A stretch of DNA of 64,000 bases from Clostridia bacterium (GTDB taxonomy: Bacteria > Bacillota > Clostridia > Oscillospirales > CAG-272), in contig JAFYBN010000125.1 of NCBI GenBank assembly GCA_017540175.1, positions 6,108-70,107 on the forward strand, given 5' to 3'. Position numbers and translations under genes: made by a program. Positions 57,981 to 64,000 of the stretch are shown here, one piece after another (the first letter of the stretch is position 1; every line of letters begins with the position of its first letter). The notes under the pieces are model-generated. The model did not search any database. It was given only the letters and a program-made list of their open reading frames with translations, and was not told where the DNA came from.

Positions 57981-58987
57981 CCCTCCGTTCTGCGCATGAG
58001 ATAAATGAAGAACGGCGCGCCGATGACGGCGGTCAGGATCGAGACCGGCAGATCGGACGCGGTCATGGACCGCGCGGCGGTATCAACAACCGTGAGGAAG
58101 CCCGCCCCAATGAAGACCGACGCCGGGAGCAGGGAGAGCTGGTTCGATCCCCATTTCATCCGGCAGATGTGGGGGACGAGCAGTCCGACCCACCCGACCT
58201 GTCCGCACATGGAGACGACGGACGCAGTCATGACGGCGGCGCATCCGATCACCGTGCCGCGCAGAAGCTTCAGATTGACCCCCGCGGCGCGCGCCTCGTC
58301 CTCGCTCAGCGGGAGCAGGTTCATCCGCCAGCGCAGAAGCAGGAGCACGGTGAGTCCGATCAGGATGGGCGGCGCGCCGAGCAGCAGCTCGCCGTACCCC
58401 GCGGAGCCGAGATTGCCCATCAGCCAATAGGTGATGGCGGGGAGCTCGGATTCGGTATCCGCCGTCAGCTTCGCCCACGAAACGAGGGCGTTGAACAGGG
58501 AGCCGATCATGATGCCCGCGAGCACCGTGCCGCTCAGTCCCCTTCCCGCTCTTCCGGAGCCCGTAAGGGTCGTGAGCAGGATCGCCAAAATGCCGAAGCC
58601 GAGCGCGAAGAGCTGGATGCCGACGAGCTTCATGCCGCAGAGCATTCCGAGCGCCGCGCCGAACGACGCGCCGGACGCCACGCCGAGAGTGTCGGGCGTT
58701 GCGAGGGGGTTTGAAAACAGGCTTTGGAACGAGCATCCTGCGGCGGAAAGCCCCGCTCCGGCGAGCATGGCGAGCAGGATGCGCGGGAGCCGCACATGCC
58801 ACAGTGTCGATTCCACAAAGCCGGACGGCAGCGATCCCCCCGTCAGGTGCCCGACGACGGAATGCCACAGATCGGCGGGCGTGACGGAATACCGCCCGAT
58901 CATGAGCGCGCACAGCCCCGCGATCACGGGGATGAACGGCAGGATGATCGCCGCGGGGCGGACGCGTCTTTTTTTCTTTTCGTTCAT
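57968..58987 (-). CDS. FecCD-family chelate ABC transporter permease
   Basis: 339 aa, about 9-10 TM helices; typical FecCD/BtuC pattern (RLPRILLAMLAGAGLSAAG, ATPDTLGVASGASFGA). Confidence 0.9.
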   Translation of the reverse strand: MNEKKKRRVRPAAIILPFIPVIAGLCALMIGRYSVTPADLWHSVVGHLTGGSLPSGFVESTLWHVRLPRILLAMLAGAGLSAAGCSFQSLFSNPLATPDTLGVASGASFGAALGMLCGMKLVGIQLFALGFGILAILLTTLTGSGRAGRGLSGTVLAGIMIGSLFNALVSWAKLTADTESELPAITYWLMGNLGSAGYGELLLGAPPILIGLTVLLLLRWRMNLLPLSEDEARAAGVNLKLLRGTVIGCAAVMTASVVSMCGQVGWVGLLVPHICRMKWGSNQLSLLPASVFIGAGFLTVVDTAARSMTASDLPVSILTAVIGAPFFIYLMRRTEGWRL

Positions 58988-59241
58988 TCTTTTGAGATAA
59001 CGCCGGAATAGGCGGTTTTAACGCTCACGCCGTCGAGGCGTCCGATTTTGCCGGAGAGCGCTGCGATTTTGTCCTGCGGGGCGTCCAGCGCGATGGAGAT
59101 GATGCTCACGCCGCGCCTGCGGTACGGGATGCCCATTCTTCCGATGATATATTCGCCGGTTTCATGCAGAAGCGAATTCAGCGCTTCGACCGAGGCGGCG
59201 TTCTCGACGATGATGCTCATGACGGCGACTCTGGTTTCCAT
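58984..59241 (-). CDS. TM1266-like small ACT/NikR-C-like protein (annotated elsewhere as putative iron-only hydrogenase system regulator)
   Basis: 85 aa; VAVMSIIVENAASVEALNSLLHE...IIGRMGIPY...IALDAPQDKIAALSGKIGRLDGVSVK follows the pattern I recall for the TM1266 family; first gene of the operon, ATGA overlap with the permease. Confidence 0.65.
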   Translation of the reverse strand: METRVAVMSIIVENAASVEALNSLLHETGEYIIGRMGIPYRRRGVSIISIALDAPQDKIAALSGKIGRLDGVSVKTAYSGVISKE

Positions 59242-59395
59242 GTTGACCTCCGAACAAAAAACTGCCGTGCTCTCACTGAAAGCACGGCAGCGCGAAAACT
59301 CCGGTATGACCGGGATATCACCTGTGTCCGCCGCCTTTCAGTCAGAACGTATCTTTCTGTCAGGCCCCGCGGCGATGTGCCGCGGCGACGGTGAT
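59242..59395 (-). promoter_or_regulatory. Structured 5' leader with terminator/antiterminator alternatives (candidate riboswitch or attenuator)
   Basis: About 150 nt between the -10 and the ATG. Contains a GC hairpin CCGCGGC-ACATC-GCCGCGG (59367-59385), a tandem CUGACNGAAAG repeat, and a helix GUCGCCG (59389-59383) / CGGCGGAC (59333-59326). An antiterminator strand (59342-59328) is complementary to the terminator 5' arm (59290-59275); the terminator is 59255-59290. Confidence 0.6.
59255..59290 (-). terminator. Leader terminator upstream of the nif-like operon
   Basis: Minus strand reads CTGCCGTGCT-TTCAGTGAG-AGCACGGCAG followed by TTTTTTG, ending 13 nt before the ATG and just upstream of the GGAGG RBS. 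Confidence 0.8.
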
Positions 59396-59424
59396 AGTAT
59401 AACCCGCTTTTTCAAAAAAGTCAA
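59396..59424 (-). promoter_or_regulatory. SigmaA-type promoter of the nif-like operon
   Basis: Minus strand reads TTGACT (59424-59419), 17-nt spacer, TATACT (59401-59396). Confidence 0.6.
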
Positions 59425-59478
59425 TGGATGAATTGTGAATTTCGATCCGCGAAGAAGTTGTCGCGGGGAGGCGCGCCG

Positions 59479-60537
59479 TCAGTCGATTTTGATCTCGGCG
59501 TGACACTCGGCGGAGGCATAAATGCCGTCGAGCATTTTCTGAACCACGAGCGCGTCTTCGATCGGGGAGATCGGAGTCTTGCCCTCGTCCAGGCAGGAGA
59601 AGAAGTGACGGATCTCCTCCTCGTAGAAGTCGTTGCCCTTGACTTCGATCTTTTCGTTCGTCAGCTTGCCGTTTTCGTCCACGCCGTACACCGTGAGGGG
59701 ATCGAAGGAGCAGCCGGCCTTCGTGCCGTAGAGCTTCGAATAGAATTCCTCCGCGCCGTTGATGGTCCACGACGCTTCGGCGATCATGGCCTTGCCGTCC
59801 TCGAAGCGGAAGAAGACCGCGGCGGAGTCCTCCACGTTGAAGATCGGGGGTTCCGGACGGTCTGCAAGACCCTCGCCCCAGGTAAAGGACGCCTCGGAAT
59901 TGTTTCTTCCGATGCGGTAGGACGTTTCCGCGGAGACGGAAACCGGCTTCGGTTTGCCCATCAGATACCACGTGCGGTCAATGGCGTGCACGCCGATGTC
60001 AAGGACGGGACCGCCGCCCGCGATCTCCTTGTTGGTGAACCAGCCGCCGGGCACGCCGCGCCGTCTGACGTACGCGGTCTTCGCGAGGTAGATATCCCCG
60101 AAAACGCCCGCGTCGCGCAGTTCGATGAATTTCTGCTGTTCCGCCCCGTAGCGGGTGCAGACCGCGAGCATGAACGTGACGCCCGCCTTCTTCACGGCGT
60201 CCGCCATCGCCTTGCCCTGCTCGAGATTCGCGGCAAGGGGCTTTTCGCAGAGCACGTGCTTGCCCGCGTTCGCCGCCGCGATGGTAACGGGCGCGTGCGC
60301 CGCGGTCCACGTGCAGCAGTCGATGACCTCGACCTCGGGTTCATTCGCGAGCAGCTCCTCCACGGAGGCGTAATAATGGGGAATGCCGTACTTTTCGGCG
60401 GCGTTTTTCGCCCGCTCGATCACAATGTCCGCGACCGCGACGAGCTCAACCTTGTCCTTCATTCTCTCGTAGGACGGGAAATGCGCGTATCCCGCGATGC
60501 TCCCGCAGCCCACGACGGCAACCTTCCATTTTTTCAT
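59479..60537 (-). CDS. Gfo/Idh/MocA family oxidoreductase
   Basis: 352 aa; N-terminal Rossmann KVAVVGCGSIAGYAH, EKPLA motif (LCEKPLAAN). Confidence 0.85.
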   Translation of the reverse strand: MKKWKVAVVGCGSIAGYAHFPSYERMKDKVELVAVADIVIERAKNAAEKYGIPHYYASVEELLANEPEVEVIDCCTWTAAHAPVTIAAANAGKHVLCEKPLAANLEQGKAMADAVKKAGVTFMLAVCTRYGAEQQKFIELRDAGVFGDIYLAKTAYVRRRGVPGGWFTNKEIAGGGPVLDIGVHAIDRTWYLMGKPKPVSVSAETSYRIGRNNSEASFTWGEGLADRPEPPIFNVEDSAAVFFRFEDGKAMIAEASWTINGAEEFYSKLYGTKAGCSFDPLTVYGVDENGKLTNEKIEVKGNDFYEEEIRHFFSCLDEGKTPISPIEDALVVQKMLDGIYASAECHAEIKID

Positions 60538-60588
60538 GATGGTGATCCTTTCCTGTTGTCTTCGGGCTTGCCCGAGATTACGTCTTTT

Positions 60589-60617
60589 AGTATAGCGGAA
60601 TCGCGCCGGAAAATCAA
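60589..60617 (-). promoter_or_regulatory. SigmaA-type promoter for the Gfo/Idh/MocA gene
   Basis: Minus strand reads TTGATT (60617-60612), 17-nt spacer, TATACT (60594-60589). Confidence 0.45.
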
Positions 60618-60786
60618 GAGCGGACGGGAATTTTTCGGGCGTATTTTGCCGCGCGCGGGAAGTTTTTGCGCGCCGACTCAGCCCCGCGCCGCACTCGGAC
60701 GCAAATTACCAGATTTTTTGCATGGCAATTCGGTGCGCGCGGGATTATAATGATGGTAACAGAAATCAGCACATTCGGAGAACGGT

Positions 60787-61338
60787 ATGGAACTCATTGT
60801 CATCAGCGATTCGCAGATCAAGCTCATGCTTTCCGGGAGCGATATGGCGCCCTATTCCGGCACGGCGGGGGAGATCGTGCGCCAGATCCTGCGCGACGCA
60901 CAGCGGCTCCCGGGCATCGGGCAGCTCGACGGGCGCGTTTTTGTCGAATACTATCCGTCGAAGGGGGGAGGCTGCGAGATGTTCGTCACGCGGCTGTGCG
61001 CGCCGCATTCCGTCGGCACGGGCGGGGGATGCGAGCTTGTTCTGAAGCCGGAGCGGGAAGGACCTGCACGCGGACGAAAAACGGTTTATTCCTTCCCGGC
61101 GATGGCCGATCTGCTCGCCTGCTGCGCCGCCCTTCTGCGGCTGCCCTACGCGGGGGAGAGCGCCGCCTATTATGATCCCGTGAAAAAGACGTATTACCTC
61201 ACCCTGGACGCGCCGACCTCCGTTGCCGCGGAACACCTCGGCTCGCTCTGCCCCTCGGACGCGCTTTACTACATAAACGAGCACTGCGACGTGGTCTGCG
61301 CGGAAAACGCCGCAGGGAAGCTGGGCGTTCTGGCGTAA
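60787..61338 (+). CDS. Adaptor protein MecA-like (short form)
   Basis: 183 aa; N-terminal MELIVISDSQIKLMLS and C-terminal YSF...YYL...L.EH pattern resemble MecA family proteins; by-eye similarity only. Confidence 0.6.
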   Translation: MELIVISDSQIKLMLSGSDMAPYSGTAGEIVRQILRDAQRLPGIGQLDGRVFVEYYPSKGGGCEMFVTRLCAPHSVGTGGGCELVLKPEREGPARGRKTVYSFPAMADLLACCAALLRLPYAGESAAYYDPVKKTYYLTLDAPTSVAAEHLGSLCPSDALYYINEHCDVVCAENAAGKLGVLA

Positions 61339-61362
61339 TCACAGTTTATTCATAAATTTCGG

Positions 61363-61391
61363 TTGAACTTTCCGCGCGGGCGTGATATGAT
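61363..61391 (+). promoter_or_regulatory. SigmaA-type promoter
   Basis: TTGAAC 61363-61368, 17-nt spacer, TATGAT 61386-61391. Confidence 0.5.
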
Positions 61392-61424
61392 GGTTTCGAC
61401 ATCAACAATCGGAGCGCTCTGAAT

Positions 61425-62984
61425 ATGGCAGACATTGAATATCCCCGCGTCGTGAGCGAACGGTCGCCGCGCGAGTGGATCCCGGGCTGTCCCGTACAGG
61501 TGAAGAAACTGCGCCTCACGCGCGAATCCGCCGAAAGCGGACTTTCCCTCACCGTTTTTACGACCTCCTGCGGCGATTTCGGGGTCGAATCCGTCACGCT
61601 CGACCTCTCCTACCAAAACGAACGCCGGGAACACCTCGGCACGGACGAGGGCGTCACGGTGAAGCCCGGGGAATCCGCGCCTGTTCCCGTTTCGTATGAG
61701 AAAGCTGCCCATCCATACGCCGTCGTGCGCGCGGTCAAGCTCTCGTCGGGCGAACTGTGGGAGAATCCGGACAAGGATCCGGGCAAACCCCTGCCCGATC
61801 AAAAGGTTTGGTGGCAGACCGACCCGCTCACCGAAACCGCCCGCCGGGTGTGCGAGGGTGTCGTGGAGCCGCGGTTCGTTCCGGACGAGCCGGACGGCCT
61901 CGACGGCGCGTGGCGCTGCGCGTGCGGTCAGGTCAATCTCGCGTCCGCCGGAAAATGCGGCGCGTGCGGCTGCGCGAAAAGCTGGCTTGACACCCACCTC
62001 GACCGCGCGTATCTCGAAAAACGCCGCGCGGAATTCGAAGAGCATGCCGGCAAACAGCACCAGCGCAAAAAAACAAAAGCCGGCATCTCGCTCGGCGACC
62101 GCGCAAAGGCGATCCTGATCGCAGCGTCCGCCGCCGCGCTCGTCGCTTTGATCATCCTGACCGTCAGCGTCATCATCCCCGCAGTCCGCTATGCCCGCGC
62201 GGACGCGCTCGCCGAAGAGGGAGAGTTCGATCGTGCGATCGGCATTTTCACCGATCTCGGCTCGTACAAGGATTCCGAGAAACGGCTTGCCGACGTGATA
62301 TATCGAAAAGCACAGGCCATCACGGGGCTCGAAAAAGTCAACATGACGACGCATGAGAAGTCCCCGTGGTTCCTCATCACCGAGGACGGCGTGCTCTCGT
62401 TCCGCAAGGACGACTACGAAAAGGCGAACAAGAACGCGCCGCTGAGATGGCAGAACTTCATCGTGCCCGACATGGTGGACGGCGTCATCGTCCGCGAGCT
62501 CGACCGGAACTTCTTTATGAACTGCAAGGACTTGACGTCCGTCACCCTGACGGACTGCCTCGAAGTTCTCGGCGAGCAGACCTTCTATAACTGCGAAGCC
62601 CTCACCGCGGTGAGCTTCGGCAAAAACGTCCGCGTGATCGGTCCGCGCGCGTTCGTGAACTGCAACGCGCTCGAGACGCTCACGATCCCCGACACGGTCG
62701 AATCCCTAGGCTTCCGCGCGTTCAACAACTGCCTGAACCTGAAAAAGGTCGTGCTCGGCAAGGGGATCACCCGCGTTGAAGAATACACGTTCAGCCGCTG
62801 CGCGAGCCTCAAAAGCGTGACCTTTTCTTCCCCGCCCTCCGACATCGTCGGAAATGCCTTCTCCGACTGCGAATCCCTCGAGACGATCTACTGCCGCTTC
62901 GGGGAAAGCGAATGGGACCCGACCTTCCCGGAAGCGGGCGAGGCGGATCCCCTCGGCGGCGCGGCGCTGAATTTCGACAACTGA
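61425..62984 (+). CDS. Membrane-anchored leucine-rich repeat (BspA-type) protein with N-terminal zinc-ribbon
   Basis: 519 aa; CxC...CxxC ribbon WRCACGQVNLASAGKCGACGC, one TM helix (ILIAASAAALVALIILTVSVII), C-terminal repeats of the FxNCxxLxxVxIP type. Confidence 0.8.
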   Translation: MADIEYPRVVSERSPREWIPGCPVQVKKLRLTRESAESGLSLTVFTTSCGDFGVESVTLDLSYQNERREHLGTDEGVTVKPGESAPVPVSYEKAAHPYAVVRAVKLSSGELWENPDKDPGKPLPDQKVWWQTDPLTETARRVCEGVVEPRFVPDEPDGLDGAWRCACGQVNLASAGKCGACGCAKSWLDTHLDRAYLEKRRAEFEEHAGKQHQRKKTKAGISLGDRAKAILIAASAAALVALIILTVSVIIPAVRYARADALAEEGEFDRAIGIFTDLGSYKDSEKRLADVIYRKAQAITGLEKVNMTTHEKSPWFLITEDGVLSFRKDDYEKANKNAPLRWQNFIVPDMVDGVIVRELDRNFFMNCKDLTSVTLTDCLEVLGEQTFYNCEALTAVSFGKNVRVIGPRAFVNCNALETLTIPDTVESLGFRAFNNCLNLKKVVLGKGITRVEEYTFSRCASLKSVTFSSPPSDIVGNAFSDCESLETIYCRFGESEWDPTFPEAGEADPLGGAALNFDN

Positions 62985-62992
62985 AAGCAAAA

Positions 62993-63024
62993 ACAGGCTG
63001 ATCCTCAACCGGGGTTCAGCCTGT
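62993..63024. terminator. Bidirectional rho-independent terminator
   Basis: ACAGGCTGA (62993-63001) pairs with TCAGCCTGT (63016-63024); A-run before, TTTTATT after; lies between convergent genes. Confidence 0.7.
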
Positions 63025-63025
63025 T

Positions 63026-64000
63026 TTATTCGAGTTCTCGTTCGAAATAATACTTCTTCGAATGCGTGCAGACGCTTTCCACGATGCCGATGCAGATATA
63101 CATGGAAAGCAGCGAGGACGGCCCGTAGGAGAGGAAGGGGCAGGTGATGCCCACCACGGGCAGCATCGCCAGACACATGCCCACGTTTTCCGTCGCCTGC
63201 ACAAGGATCATGCCGGCGATGCCGATGCAGATGTAGGACGCGTAATTCTTGCGCGTGCTCCGCGCGATCCATAGGATCCGAAGGACGAGCGTCACGAGCA
63301 GCGCGAGATACAGAAAGGTTCCGAGAAAGCCGAATTTCTCCGCGAGCACCGCGAAGATGAAATCCGAATAGCCCGCCTTGAACAGCGAAAAATACTTTGT
63401 CCCGCCGGAAAAGCCCGCGCCGCGGAAGCCGCCGGCTATGATGCACTCGCGGCTCGCGATCGCCTGCATACCTGCGTCCAGCGGATCGAGATCGGGATTG
63501 AAGCCGAACAGCACGCGGTTCTGCTGCCTGACCGTGAGGCGGTTCCAGAGCCATGGGAACACGAGCACCCCGGCACCGAGCGCCCCCGCGAAATACCAGA
63601 GCGAAAGCCCCGCCCCGAAAATCATCACGGTGAGGATGCCGATGTACACGAGCGCCATGCCGTCATCCCCCTGCCAGAGGATGAGCCCGACGTAAAGCCC
63701 CGCGTGGACCGCCAGCTGCAGCACGGACAGGGGATGGTTCAGCTTGTCCTTCACCCGGTCGAGGTGCATGGCAAAGGATATGATCATGAGAATCTTGACG
63801 AATTCCGCCGGCTGGATCGAAATATTGCCGATGGAGATCCAGTTCTCGTTGCCCATGTGCCCCGAGCCGAAGATCTTGACGGCGATGACCATCGCGATGG
63901 AAAGCGGAATGAGGAACCACCGCAGCTTTTTGAACAGCGCGTCGTAATCGAGGAAGGTCATCACGAGCATCGCGACGATGCCTGCGGCGGACGCGAGCAG
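63026..64000 (-). CDS. FtsW/RodA/SpoVE family peptidoglycan polymerase (5' end beyond the window)
   Basis: Track ORF 63026..63970; the frame stays open to position 64000 (…LLASAAGIVAMLVMTF…), so the N-terminus lies outside. SEDS-family motifs QPAEFVKI and LPVVGITCPFLSYGPSS. Confidence 0.85.
   Translation of the reverse strand: MLASAAGIVAMLVMTFLDYDALFKKLRWFLIPLSIAMVIAVKIFGSGHMGNENWISIGNISIQPAEFVKILMIISFAMHLDRVKDKLNHPLSVLQLAVHAGLYVGLILWQGDDGMALVYIGILTVMIFGAGLSLWYFAGALGAGVLVFPWLWNRLTVRQQNRVLFGFNPDLDPLDAGMQAIASRECIIAGGFRGAGFSGGTKYFSLFKAGYSDFIFAVLAEKFGFLGTFLYLALLVTLVLRILWIARSTRKNYASYICIGIAGMILVQATENVGMCLAMLPVVGITCPFLSYGPSSLLSMYICIGIVESVCTHSKKYYFERELE

Noticed and set aside
59242-59395. Cobalamin riboswitch upstream of the BtuCDF-like transporter genes
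   Set aside because: That would be the usual expectation for FecCD/BtuC-type importers in Firmicutes. However, the leader is shorter than typical B12 elements, and I find no B12-box-like sequence (GCCACTG-type core). It is left as an unclassified structured leader pending an Infernal scan.
1-64000. Scan for CRISPR arrays, IS elements, integrases, prophage genes, tRNA and rRNA
   Set aside because: The longest non-coding gaps (about 320, 250, 240, 220 and 210 nt) contain promoters, terminators and leaders but no spaced direct repeats. No ORF resembles a transposase, integrase or phage protein, and no cloverleaf-like tRNA sequence was noticed. A tRNAscan/Infernal run would be the definitive check.

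Overview
GC-rich, gene-dense chromosomal segment. Gene content suggests a spore-forming member of the Clostridia: sigG, ytfI/ytfJ-like genes, dacB, a cwlD-like amidase, a SpoVB-like flippase, an FtsW/RodA/SpoVE-family protein, and scpA-scpB-...-dacB-rluB synteny as in Bacillus. I call about 58 protein-coding genes, one of them frameshifted, plus hand-identified sigmaA-type promoters and rho-independent terminators. I saw no rRNA, tRNA, CRISPR array, transposase or integrase. Housekeeping blocks are: scpAB and sporulation genes (0.1-5.4 kb); aconitase and isocitrate dehydrogenase (5.9-9.1 kb, minus strand); an eight-gene pyrimidine operon pyrC-carB-pyrK-pyrD-pyrF-pyrE-pyrB-pyrI (9.4-18.3 kb); radA; pth-mfd; pepF; miaA; sigG. 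The stand-out region is 51.6-59.4 kb on the minus strand. A near-consensus promoter and a structured, terminator-containing leader are followed by nine tightly coupled genes. These encode a TM1266-like ACT protein, a FecCD/FepC-type chelate ABC importer, a NifH/NifD/NifK-like nitrogenase-superfamily reductase with a DPOR/COR-like cysteine pattern, the cognate but frameshifted binding lipoprotein, and a HydF-type GTPase. It does not look like a nitrogen-fixation locus, and I know of no assigned function for this arrangement. Many long ORFs in the track are antisense artefacts of the high GC content and were rejected. All calls were made by eye from the sequence and translations; no database search or folding program was run.
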